Of a stretch of DNA of 64,000 bases, positions 48,796-59,519 are shown in pieces. The DNA comes from an uncultured Methyloversatilis sp. (GTDB lineage Bacteria > Pseudomonadota > Gammaproteobacteria > Burkholderiales > Rhodocyclaceae). The notes beneath the pieces were generated by a model. That model did no database searches. It was not told where the DNA came from and worked only from the letters and a program-made list of their open reading frames with translations. Numbering within the stretch: the first letter of the stretch is position 1; the number at the start of each line of letters is the position of its first letter. The DNA lies in the NCBI GenBank assembly GCA_964527195.1, contig CAZGOH010000001.1, positions 9,505-73,504 on the forward strand. The letters run 5' to 3'. Position numbers and translations under genes: made by a program.

Positions 48796-50889
48796 TCATC
48801 CGTTCATGCCGCCGGCCAGCCCAATACGGAAGGCGTGCAGCCGGCGCAGCAGATCTTCGTTGGCCTGTTCCAGAGACTGCCGGATCTCCTCGGCGCCGGC
48901 CACGTCATCCGTCATTGCGCAGGCAGCCAACGCCACCGCGTGCTGATGCACGCGGCGATGAATCATGTCGATTCCATGGAACTCCGTCAAGCCGCCATAA
49001 CGGCGAATGCCAACCTCGGCATACCACTGTGTGAAGCGACAACTCGCGTAGTCGGGCAGCGGCAGATCGGCGCCGCGCTGCAGGGCGACGCGGGTCTTCT
49101 CCAGCCAGTGCCGGTGGGAAACTTCCATCAGCAGCAATTCGAAATCACTGCGCATCGGGTACTTGCCGCGCGCCAGTTGCCAGCGCGGGTCGGCCTGGAA
49201 GTTTTCCACCCAGTCGGCGACCCGGTCCGCCGGCAGCGGCCGGGCGATACCGTAGCCCTGCATGACGTCGCAGCCGAGGTCGAGCAGCAGCAGAATCTGC
49301 TCGATGTTTTCCACCCCCTCGGCGACCACTTTCTGCCCGAAAGCCGATGCCAGACCGATCACGCCCTGCACAATCGCCAGATCGCCCGGATCATCGAGCA
49401 TGTCGCGCACAAAGGTCTGGTCGATCTTCAGTACATCCACCGCCAGCCGCTTGAGATGCACCAGCGAGGAATAGCCGGTGCCGAAATCGTCGAGCGCGAA
49501 ACGCATCCCGCGTTTCTGGTAAATCTCCATGATCCGCCGGACGGCGGCGACGTCCTCGAGTGCCGTCGTTTCGACCAACTCGAGTTCCAGCCGGCGCTCC
49601 AGGCCAGGCTGGTGGCGCCCGAGCATGTCCGCCAGTCCGGCATCGAAGCCGCCGTGCAGGAACTGGCGCGCCGCGACATTCACGCTGACGCCGAGATGAA
49701 TGCCTTCTTCACGCCAGACCGCCATCTGGCGAAGGGCTTCGCCGATCACCCACTCGCCGAGTCGTACGATCACGTTTTCATGCTCGATCAGCGGCAGGAA
49801 TTCTCCTGGCGAGCGCAGGCCGAGCACGGGGTGTTGCCAGCGGATGAGCGCCTCCATGCCGACGACGCGGCCGTTGCGGCAATCGACCTTCGGCTGGTAG
49901 TGCAGGACGAACTGGCCCTTGTCGAGCGCATCCTCGATGCGCTTGAGCAGCCCCTGGTTGGCACGGATGCGCGACTCGACCGCCGGGTTGAAGATGTGGT
50001 AGCGGCTTTTTCCCGCCTCCTTGGCCTTATACATGGCCTGGTCGGCGTGGCGCAGCAACTGGTCGGCGTCACCGCCGTCGCCCGGGAAAACCGTCACGCC
50101 GATGCTGCCCGTGACCCGGACCGGGTTGCCGTCGAGCACGCACGGTGCGGCGACCGCGTCGAGCAGGCGCTGCAAGGCATGCTCGGCCTGCTGCGCGGAT
50201 TTGAGACCGCCGAGCAGCACCACGAATTCGTCGCCCCCCAGGCGGGCGGCCGTATCGTCGGCGCGGATCGCGTCGATCAGGCGGGACGAGATTTCCTGGA
50301 GCAGGCGGTCGCCGATCTTGTGGCCGAGATGGTCATTGACCAGCTTGAAGCCGTCAAGATCCATCAGGCAGACGGCCAGCATGTCGCCGGTACGCCGTGC
50401 GTGCGCGGTCGCCTGCTTCATGCGGTCCGCCAGCAGCAGTCGGTTGGGCAGGCCGGTCAGCGCATCGTAGTGGGCCTGACGCTGCAAGGTGTGGGCCTGC
50501 TCGATGAGCCCGCTGACGTCGACCGTGGTGCTCAGCACGCGCCCGGGCAGATCGCCTTCGGCATCCCCGACGCGTTGGGCACGGACGCGCAACCAGCGCG
50601 GAGGTGTCGTGGCAAGACGCACCAATCGCTCGTCGCTGGCGCAGTCGCCCGCCAGAACGCGCGCGACGGGGAGGCTCGCCGGATCGAGCGGCAGCCCTTC
50701 CGCATCGAGGCAGTGCGTCGCCAGCGCTTCGTGGCCGGCAAGCTCTCCGGCAGGGATGCCAAACTGGGCTTCCGTCGCCGGATTGCAGTACAGCCGCCGC
50801 CCCGCGCCGTCCCAGAACTGGATGCCGACGTCGATGGCGTCGGCCGAAGGTGCCGGGCAATCCGGGTTGGTTTCTATAACTTCCGTCAT
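48796..50889 (-). CDS. PAS-like/GGDEF/EAL/CZB c-di-GMP enzyme
   Basis: RADD I-site with GGDEF; EALIRW; DDFGTGYSSL; C-terminal HRHW...CRFTQW...HRRVH. Confidence 0.9.
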   Translation of the reverse strand: MTEVIETNPDCPAPSADAIDVGIQFWDGAGRRLYCNPATEAQFGIPAGELAGHEALATHCLDAEGLPLDPASLPVARVLAGDCASDERLVRLATTPPRWLRVRAQRVGDAEGDLPGRVLSTTVDVSGLIEQAHTLQRQAHYDALTGLPNRLLLADRMKQATAHARRTGDMLAVCLMDLDGFKLVNDHLGHKIGDRLLQEISSRLIDAIRADDTAARLGGDEFVVLLGGLKSAQQAEHALQRLLDAVAAPCVLDGNPVRVTGSIGVTVFPGDGGDADQLLRHADQAMYKAKEAGKSRYHIFNPAVESRIRANQGLLKRIEDALDKGQFVLHYQPKVDCRNGRVVGMEALIRWQHPVLGLRSPGEFLPLIEHENVIVRLGEWVIGEALRQMAVWREEGIHLGVSVNVAARQFLHGGFDAGLADMLGRHQPGLERRLELELVETTALEDVAAVRRIMEIYQKRGMRFALDDFGTGYSSLVHLKRLAVDVLKIDQTFVRDMLDDPGDLAIVQGVIGLASAFGQKVVAEGVENIEQILLLLDLGCDVMQGYGIARPLPADRVADWVENFQADPRWQLARGKYPMRSDFELLLMEVSHRHWLEKTRVALQRGADLPLPDYASCRFTQWYAEVGIRRYGGLTEFHGIDMIHRRVHQHAVALAACAMTDDVAGAEEIRQSLEQANEDLLRRLHAFRIGLAGGMNG

Positions 50890-50959
50890 ACGCGCATTAT
50901 ATGCCGGAGCAATCGATGTTGTTTCGGTCGTGCCGTTTCGGGCCGCGTATAATGCCGGC

Positions 50960-51027
50960 AACCGAGGAGCGCTGCGAGGTTCCATGTTTTGTGGCCCCAG
51001 GCTCGGTTTGTGTCAACGGCGCTCACC
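50960..51027 (+). ncRNA. SAH riboswitch upstream of ahcY
   Basis: CCGAGGAGCGCTGC...CCAGGCTCGG...AACGGCGCTC consensus; TATAAT at 50948-50953. Confidence 0.9.
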
Positions 51028-51100
51028 CAGCCCGCACCGGGCAGGGTGAGCCTGTCAGAAAGGCGCCTCCTCCCGGTCACACGTTCAAGGAGCCTGAACC

Positions 51101-52501
<1,401 letters not shown>

Positions 52502-52518
52502 CACTTCATCCTCCATGG

Positions 52519-52553
52519 CTCCATAATGAATCCATTACGGATTCATTGTGGAG
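52519..52553. promoter_or_regulatory. 15-bp inverted repeat covering the TA -10 and RBS (operator/hairpin)
   Basis: ctccataatgaatcc-attac-ggattcattgtggag, one mismatch. Confidence 0.7.
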
Positions 52554-52559
52554 GCAATC

Positions 52560-52907
52560 ATGCCCAATCTCTCGATCAAGGATGTGCCTGAAACGCTGGC
52601 CGAGGCCCTGCGCCAGCGTGCCGCGCGCAACCATCGCTCCTTGCAGGGCGAGTTGATGGCGCTGCTGGAGGCAGCGGTGCAAACGCCGATGGCGGCGCCT
52701 GGCGTGCGCGAGCCGGCCGTTCCCCCTTACATCGCCGCTCCCTTGCCCGCCGCCGCCGGCCAGGACGATCTGCTCGCCAGGCTGGATGCCATCGTCGCCG
52801 GCAGCCAATGGGGCAGCGCGCCCCTGCTGTCGCGCGAACAGATCCATGATCGCCGGCTGCTGCGCGAGCTGGAACATGACGTACGCCAGACAGAGAGCAC
52901 GCATTGA
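52560..52907 (+). CDS. Arc/FitA-like ribbon-helix-helix antitoxin
   Basis: MPNLSIKDVP...RAARNHRSLQGEL. Confidence 0.85.
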   Translation: MPNLSIKDVPETLAEALRQRAARNHRSLQGELMALLEAAVQTPMAAPGVREPAVPPYIAAPLPAAAGQDDLLARLDAIVAGSQWGSAPLLSREQIHDRRLLRELEHDVRQTESTH

Positions 52908-53332
52908 GCCTTCCCGCGTACTTTCTCGACAGCAACGTGCTGATCTACGCGACCTCGCTGGCGGCCGATCATGCGCAGAAGAAGCCGCGCGCCCGGGCGT
53001 GGGTGGCGCGCACCGACTGGGGAATCTCCACCCAGGTGCTGATGGAGTTTTACGCCCAGGCGCGCCAGCCCAGGCATGGCCTGCTCCCCACGGCGGCGGA
53101 AGACTTTGTGCGTGAGTTGGTCGCCACCCGTCCGGTACAGCCGGTGGATGCCGCGCTCGTGCTCGAAGCCCTGCGCCTGCGTAACCGCTACTACCTGTCG
53201 CACTGGGATGCTGCCATCCTCGTCGCGGCGCGCCTGCTCGGCGCCCGTTACGTCATCAGCGAAGACATGGCCCACGGCGAAAGCTACGACGGCGTGACGG
53301 TCATCAACCCCTTTCTGGAGCTACCCGCATGA
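52904..53332 (+). CDS. PIN-domain toxin
   Basis: FLDSNVLIYA, STQVLMEF, SHWDAAI, SEDM. Confidence 0.9.
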   Translation: MSLPAYFLDSNVLIYATSLAADHAQKKPRARAWVARTDWGISTQVLMEFYAQARQPRHGLLPTAAEDFVRELVATRPVQPVDAALVLEALRLRNRYYLSHWDAAILVAARLLGARYVISEDMAHGESYDGVTVINPFLELPA

Positions 53333-56300
53333 GCGCCCGCGACAAATTTCTCGCCCTGTTGAGAGATGAAATCCTCCAGATGGACTTGTCCGAACTGGAC
53401 TTCGGCCTCTACCGCATTCTCAACTACAAGCGCGAGGAAGTCGCCCGTTTTCTCGATAACGAACTGCCCGCCGAAATCGCCCGCCGGCTGGCCGCTCTGC
53501 CCGGCGCTCCCGGCGAAGACGAAGAAGCGCGCATCTACAACGCCCTCACCGTTTTTTTCTCGCGCTATTTCGTCGAGGCCGACTTCATGCCGCGCGCACG
53601 GCGCGGCAAACACGCCGCCTACAGCGTGCCCTACCGCGGCGAGGACACCCATTTCCACTGGGCCAGCAAAGGCAGCCACTACATCAAGAGCGGCGAACGC
53701 TTCGCCGCCTACGCCTATGTCGAGCCGGCCGGCCGGCGCGTGCGCTTCGTTGTCGCCGCTGCCGATGTGCAAAAAGACAACGCCAAGGGCGACAAGCGGC
53801 TGTACGTTCCCGCCGACGGCAGCGAAGTCGATGGCGAATGGCGCATCGCCTTTGCCTGGCGTCCCCTCGACAAGGACGAAAACAAGCGTTACGGCGGCAA
53901 GTCCAAAGACGGCGCGGCGGAGGGCGACGAAGCCGACGCCGGGGGCGACGCCAACGATGCCGGCACGGGCGCCCCGGCGGCCGCCGGCCGCGACACGCAA
54001 ACGCGCCTGCTCAACGCCTGGCTGGCCGGCGACGACTTCAAGGCCGCGCGCCTGCCCAAGGACATCGACCGCGACCTGCTCGCCAAACACGCGCATCGCT
54101 ACGTCAAGGGCCAAAGTAGCGACTTCTTCGTGCACCCGAGGCTGGCCGAGTTTCTGGAGGGCGAACTCGACTACTACCTCAAGAACGAATTCGTCAATCT
54201 CTGGGACCTGCCCGACGGCGCGGCGCTCTTGCGCGAACGCGAGAAATGCAAAGTCGTCGGCCATCTCGCCCGCGCCATCATCCGCCTGCTCGCCGCCGTC
54301 GAAGACGTGCAGGCCATCCTCTTCGAAAAGCGCAAATTCGTCCTCGCCGCCCACTACCTGGCCCAGGCCTCCTGGCTGTTGCGCGAAGGCGGCGCAGCGG
54401 GCCGGGCGTTGGTGGGCGAAGCGGCGCAAAACACGGCCCAAGTCGCCGAATGGCGGCGCTGGGTCGGCGACGACAAAGCCTCTGGCGATAACCTGCTCGA
54501 ACGCCACCCCCACCTGCCGATCAACACCGCGCACTTCGACGATGACTTTCAATGGCGCCTGCTCGCCTGCTTCCCCGACCTCACCGCCGCCCTCGGCGGC
54601 ACGCTGATCCACGGCGACAACTACGCCGCCCTGCGGACGCTGGAACCGGCTTACAAGCAGGGGGTGAAGTGCATCCATATTGATCCGCCCTACAACACGG
54701 CGACGAGCGGCTTTTTCTACAAGAACGATCTCCCGCATGCCTCATGGTTAAGCATGATGTTTGGCCGTTTAGGGTGCTCGAAGATGCTGCTCTCAGCTCA
54801 GGGAAATTTTCTTTGCCATATTGACGAGCACGAATACGAGCGGCTGCATGTTCTGTGTGCAGAGATGGATTTGGCAGACGCAGGTACGATCATCTGGGAC
54901 AAGAGAAACCCGATGACGGGAGGTGCAGGAGTCGCGACTCAACACGAGTACATCCTTTGGCGGACAACGGAAGAATGCAAGCTTTATCAAAGCAACCAGA
55001 ATATCCAGGCAATATTGGACAAGGCGGCTGAAGTGCTTGCCAAGCATGGTGGCGATAGCAATGCGGCACAGAGTGAGTTTTCTGCGTGGATAGACGCTGG
55101 TGAAAGCTTGAGCGGCGGCGAAAAAGCCTACCGATACCTTGACGCGAAGGGCCGGGTGTATCAATCCGTCAGCCTGCGTGCACCGGAATATCGGCACGAG
55201 GAAAAATTCCGTCAGCCCTTGATCCATCCAGTCACGGGCAAACCGTGTCCCGTGCCGCCCAACGGTTTTTCCAGGACACCGGAAAATCTTGCCGAAATGA
55301 TGTCGCCCCGACGTGACGAAATTCTTTTCGGCCCCGACGAGACAACGCAGCCAAGGCAAAAACTCATCTTGAAACCGTCCACACGGCGGCCCGTTACTTC
55401 CGTGCTGCAAGACGCCAAGAAAGGCAAGGCCAATCTGGACGCATTGGGTTTGACATTTCCTTACTGCCACCCTGTTTCCTTGTACGAGAACCTGACGGGA
55501 TCGGCGATGGAGTCGAATGACTACTGCCTCGACTTCTTCGCCGGTTCCGGCACCACCGGCCATGCCGTCATCAACCTGAACCGCGAGGATGGCGGGCAGC
55601 GGAAATTCATCCTCGTCGAACAGGGCGAGTATTTCGACACCGTGACCCTGCCGCGCATCGCCAAGGTGATGACCTGCCCGGACTGGAAGGATGGCCGGCC
55701 CAAAGTCGGCGCTGGCGGGACGGCGGCAGACGAGGCGCCCGATCACTGGTCGCGCCGCACTCTGCCGCTGGTGCAGGTGTTGCGCCTGGAACGCTACGAG
55801 GACAGCCTGGACGCGCTCGAACTGCCCGCCGACCGCACCGCCCGGCTGGCGGGACAAAGCGGTTTCGCCGCGCTCGACACGGTGCTGCATTACCTGAGCG
55901 ACGCCGTGGCCGAGGACACCACCTTGCGCCTGTCCACCGCGAAACTGACTCGCCCCTTCGACTACCGCCTGCCGGTCACCCACGAAGGCCGCTACGGCGA
56001 AGCGACGGTCGATCTGGTGCACACCGGCTTTTTGCTCGCCGGCCTGCATCCGCTGCGCCTGCGCCGGGTAGAACGCGACGGCCGCCCGACGGTGCTGGCG
56101 GAAGTGCGCCCGCACGGCGCGCCGGAGCGCATCGAACTGGTGTTCTGGCGCGACGTGGATGAAAGTCTGGCGCCGGAGGCCTTGAGCGCAGCGGCGCAAG
56201 CCGAATATGACTGGCTGGCGGCAACGGTGCGCGAAGTTTTCGACCGCCCGTTGGCCGACTATGCCTGCATCTGGCACAACCGCGATTTGCTGCTGCTGGG

Positions 56301-56361
56301 CGGCGAAGCCGGCCGCCCGCTCGATCTCGTGCTGGCCGAACGGATGTGGGAACGCGCCTGA
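53329..56361 (+). CDS. Type III-like R-M DNA methyltransferase (Mod)
   Basis: IHGDN, HIDPPY (motif IV), DFFAGSGTT (motif I), beta-class motif order; ATGA-coupled to the PIN gene. Confidence 0.9.
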   Translation: MSARDKFLALLRDEILQMDLSELDFGLYRILNYKREEVARFLDNELPAEIARRLAALPGAPGEDEEARIYNALTVFFSRYFVEADFMPRARRGKHAAYSVPYRGEDTHFHWASKGSHYIKSGERFAAYAYVEPAGRRVRFVVAAADVQKDNAKGDKRLYVPADGSEVDGEWRIAFAWRPLDKDENKRYGGKSKDGAAEGDEADAGGDANDAGTGAPAAAGRDTQTRLLNAWLAGDDFKAARLPKDIDRDLLAKHAHRYVKGQSSDFFVHPRLAEFLEGELDYYLKNEFVNLWDLPDGAALLREREKCKVVGHLARAIIRLLAAVEDVQAILFEKRKFVLAAHYLAQASWLLREGGAAGRALVGEAAQNTAQVAEWRRWVGDDKASGDNLLERHPHLPINTAHFDDDFQWRLLACFPDLTAALGGTLIHGDNYAALRTLEPAYKQGVKCIHIDPPYNTATSGFFYKNDLPHASWLSMMFGRLGCSKMLLSAQGNFLCHIDEHEYERLHVLCAEMDLADAGTIIWDKRNPMTGGAGVATQHEYILWRTTEECKLYQSNQNIQAILDKAAEVLAKHGGDSNAAQSEFSAWIDAGESLSGGEKAYRYLDAKGRVYQSVSLRAPEYRHEEKFRQPLIHPVTGKPCPVPPNGFSRTPENLAEMMSPRRDEILFGPDETTQPRQKLILKPSTRRPVTSVLQDAKKGKANLDALGLTFPYCHPVSLYENLTGSAMESNDYCLDFFAGSGTTGHAVINLNREDGGQRKFILVEQGEYFDTVTLPRIAKVMTCPDWKDGRPKVGAGGTAADEAPDHWSRRTLPLVQVLRLERYEDSLDALELPADRTARLAGQSGFAALDTVLHYLSDAVAEDTTLRLSTAKLTRPFDYRLPVTHEGRYGEATVDLVHTGFLLAGLHPLRLRRVERDGRPTVLAEVRPHGAPERIELVFWRDVDESLAPEALSAAAQAEYDWLAATVREVFDRPLADYACIWHNRDLLLLGGEAGRPLDLVLAERMWERA
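55702..55725 (+). repeat. 24-bp motif copy (mod, KVGAGGTA)
   Basis: aaagtcggcgctggcgggacggcg. Confidence 0.9.
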
Positions 56362-59300
56362 TGCCCCCCCGCCCCGACCGTCCTTTCGTCAAAAGCCTGC
56401 TGCTGGCGCAGGTGTTCGCTCGCGCGCTGGGCGGGCGGCAGGACGAGATCATGGCCGTGCTGGCGGATTGCCAGACCGGGCGCGACGGCGCCGGCCTGAG
56501 CTATTTCGCCCAGGCGCTGGCGGCGCGGCCGCGGCCGCTGCCCGCCGCCGATCTGGCCGCCTGGGATGCCGCCATCGGCCGCCACGAGGCGGCCATCGCC
56601 GCGTGCCGTCCGGGCTTTCGCCTCACCCACTTTCAATGGCTGGCCTGCCTGGCGGTCGAATGGCATCTGGCCGGCCTCGCCCGCGCTGCGGCGGCCCACG
56701 TCGCGGCCATCGAGGCGTATCGCACCGAAGCCCTGCCGCATCTGCCGCCCTATACGGCGGCAGATGCCGGCAAGCTCGCCTGCTTCATGGCCACCGGCGC
56801 CGGCAAGACGCTGGTGCTGCATGTCAATCTGCTGCAATTCCTGGATCACGGCTTGTTCGCGCCGCAGAACATTCTGCTGCTGACGCCCAATGCCGCCTTG
56901 TCCGATCAGCATCGCCGCGAACTCGACCTGTCCGGCCTGGGCCATCTGCCGGTCACGGTGACGGAGATCACCAAGTTCTTTGTCGATGAACCCGGTGTGC
57001 GCCGGCCGAAAAAGGGCGTGTCCGAAGGCACTTCGCGCTACGAAGGGCCGAATCTGCTGCTGGTGGACGAGGGCCACAAGGGCGGGAGCGCCGAGGCCGG
57101 CACCGAACGCCAATGGCGCGCCATCCGCGAGGCGCTGGCGCAAGGCGGCACGGCGGACAAGACCGGCTTCGCCTTCGAGTATTCGGCCACCTTCGCGCAA
57201 ATCGCCGACAAGGATGCCGACCTCTACCGCGAATACGCGAAGTGCACAGCGGTGGATTTTGGCTACGCGCGCTTTTACCGCGAGGGCTACGGCAAGGAGC
57301 CGCGCGTACTCAACGCCCGCGATGCCGAGGGCGCAGATCAAACCCTGGCGGCGGGACTGATTCACTTCTACCAGCAACGTCGGGCTTACGCCGATCATCG
57401 CTTGCTGGCGGTCGAGGCGCAGGTCGAGGCGCCCTTGCTGGCCTGCGTCGGCAAGGAAGTGACGACCGGGCGCCAGGCCGACGTGGTGGAACTGGTGCGC
57501 TTTCTGGTGCGCGCCGCCATTGACACCGACTGGCTGGCCAAACACCTGGCCGCCGTGGCGCACTGGACGCGCCCGGCCCAGTCGGAACTGGCAGGCGATC
57601 CGCTCGACTTCGGCTATCTGGCCGGGCTGAATCTCTCGCCCGACGCGCTGGCGCGCGACATGCAGGAACGGATTTTCGGCGGCACGGGACAGATCGAGGC
57701 GCGACTGCTGTCCGACAAGGAAATCGGCCTGCGCTGCCGGGGCGCGGCGGACGATGCCTATTTCGGCGTGATTCGCGTTGGTGAAGCGAAAAAGCTGCTC
57801 GCCCTGCTCGACCAGACCGGGGTGGCGCGCGGCGAACCGGATCGTTTGAGCGGTTCGCTGTTCGCGCGCATCGACGATGACGCCCGTTTGAGCATTTTGA
57901 TCGGCGCCAAGATGTTCGTCGAAGGCTGGTCGTCCTGGCGCGTCTCCGCTCTTGCGCTGATGAACGTGGGCCGCTCGCCCGGCGCCGAGATCATCCAGTT
58001 GTTCGGTCGCGGGGTGCGCCTCAAGGGCAGGAACTGGTCGTTGAAGCGCGAAGCGCATCCAGGTGCGGCGGTCGGCTTGCTGCAGACGCTGATGGTCTTC
58101 GGCGTGCGCGCCGACTACATGCAGAAGTATCTGGAAACGCTGGCCGTGGAAGGCGCGCGGCCGAACTTGCTGTATGTCGAGGTCGCGCCGCCGGCGCCCC
58201 CGCTGGCCGACCTGGGCCTCTTCACGCTGCAGCCGGACGCAGCGATTTTCCGCGCGCCGGTGGTGTTCGACCCGACGCGGGCGCGGCCGATCATCGAGCG
58301 CATCGCGCCGCTGGCTTCGCTCTCGCAGGGGCTGGCGGGCGCGCAAACGCTGGGCGGGCGCCTGACGCGCACCGACAACCTGCGCGGCTGGCTGGCCGAC
58401 GAAGCCGCCTACCGGCTGGCGCTGGGCCTCAAGCGGCGTTATCGCTGGGCCGGCCTGTTCGTCGCGCCGGAGGCGCTGGCCGCCTATCTCGCACGCTGCG
58501 CGGTCGAAGCGCCGGCGGATTATTTCGATGACCCGGCCTTCTGCGCCGCGCGCCGCGCCCAGGTCGCCGCGGTCTGCATCGAAAAGGGCTTGGTGGCCTG
58601 CCTGCGCGCCGCCGAACAACGCTGGCGCATGGCCCGGCTGGCGCCGACCCCGCTCGACGACGACAACGCCGGCCTGCCCTGGGCCTACGAGGGCACGACC
58701 CGCCGCTTGCGCTACCGGCTGGAAGTGGATGTGGAAAACGCCGCCGTCGCTGACATGATCGATCTGGCCGAACGTCATGTGCGCGAGGAGATTTTTCCGC
58801 CCGCCTATCTGGCCGAATTGCAGGCGCTGGTGTTGCGTCATGCCGGCATGAGCGCACTGGCCGGCCGACTGGAAAAGATGCTGCAAACCGCCCTGCCGCC
58901 GGGCGACGACCTGGCGCCCCCGCTGCCGCGGCTGGTGTTCGACCGCCATCTCTACCAGCCGCTGCTGCTGGCGCAACCGATGGTCGTCGAAGCCTCCGGC
59001 CAACTCGCGCTGTTCGGCCCTGACGACAAGCCGCCGCGCGGCTTGCGCATCTCCCCGCCGGCGCTCAACGCAGGCGAGGCGCGTTTCGCCTGGGATTTGC
59101 GCGCCTTCTGGGAGCGTCATCACGACACGCCCGGCTGGCGCGACATTTCCCTCTATCTGCTGCGCAATCCGGCGGCGGGGGGCGTGAGCTTGTTCCGCGC
59201 CGCCGGCTTTGCGCCCGACTTTCTGCTCTGGCTCAAGCGCGCCGATGCGCAGGTGCTGGCCTTCGTCGACCCCAAGGGGCTGGGCCGCGTCTGGCCGGAC

Positions 59301-59519
59301 GACAAGATCGAGATGCTCAAGGCGCTGGATTCGCTGGCCTTGTCGCTGCCGGTGCGCGGCTATCTGGTCACGCCCTCCGATCGCGCATCGCTGGCTCTGC
59401 CGCCCGGCATCGCGTCCGACGACGCCAGCCTGGCGTTCGAGCATGTTTATGTTCAGGAAAACGACTATATCGACCGCCTGCTGCATGCCATCGTTGCGGC
59501 TTTGGAGACGCCGCGATGA
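56361..59519 (+). CDS. Type III-like restriction subunit (SF2 helicase plus PD-(D/E)xK nuclease)
   Basis: MATGAGKT, DEGH, QLFGRGVR, C-terminal PDF...DPKG. Confidence 0.88.
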   Translation: MPPRPDRPFVKSLLLAQVFARALGGRQDEIMAVLADCQTGRDGAGLSYFAQALAARPRPLPAADLAAWDAAIGRHEAAIAACRPGFRLTHFQWLACLAVEWHLAGLARAAAAHVAAIEAYRTEALPHLPPYTAADAGKLACFMATGAGKTLVLHVNLLQFLDHGLFAPQNILLLTPNAALSDQHRRELDLSGLGHLPVTVTEITKFFVDEPGVRRPKKGVSEGTSRYEGPNLLLVDEGHKGGSAEAGTERQWRAIREALAQGGTADKTGFAFEYSATFAQIADKDADLYREYAKCTAVDFGYARFYREGYGKEPRVLNARDAEGADQTLAAGLIHFYQQRRAYADHRLLAVEAQVEAPLLACVGKEVTTGRQADVVELVRFLVRAAIDTDWLAKHLAAVAHWTRPAQSELAGDPLDFGYLAGLNLSPDALARDMQERIFGGTGQIEARLLSDKEIGLRCRGAADDAYFGVIRVGEAKKLLALLDQTGVARGEPDRLSGSLFARIDDDARLSILIGAKMFVEGWSSWRVSALALMNVGRSPGAEIIQLFGRGVRLKGRNWSLKREAHPGAAVGLLQTLMVFGVRADYMQKYLETLAVEGARPNLLYVEVAPPAPPLADLGLFTLQPDAAIFRAPVVFDPTRARPIIERIAPLASLSQGLAGAQTLGGRLTRTDNLRGWLADEAAYRLALGLKRRYRWAGLFVAPEALAAYLARCAVEAPADYFDDPAFCAARRAQVAAVCIEKGLVACLRAAEQRWRMARLAPTPLDDDNAGLPWAYEGTTRRLRYRLEVDVENAAVADMIDLAERHVREEIFPPAYLAELQALVLRHAGMSALAGRLEKMLQTALPPGDDLAPPLPRLVFDRHLYQPLLLAQPMVVEASGQLALFGPDDKPPRGLRISPPALNAGEARFAWDLRAFWERHHDTPGWRDISLYLLRNPAAGGVSLFRAAGFAPDFLLWLKRADAQVLAFVDPKGLGRVWPDDKIEMLKALDSLALSLPVRGYLVTPSDRASLALPPGIASDDASLAFEHVYVQENDYIDRLLHAIVAALETPR

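Noticed and set aside
56364-56370. C7 tract at the res start as a phase-variation switch
   Set aside because: Short, in frame and unremarkable at this GC content; read-level heterogeneity would be needed.
52904-59519. Cassette as BREX, DISARM or type I R-M
   Set aside because: No pglZ, brx, drm or hsdS genes; the two-gene Mod (DPPY, FAGSG) plus helicase-nuclease layout fits type III.
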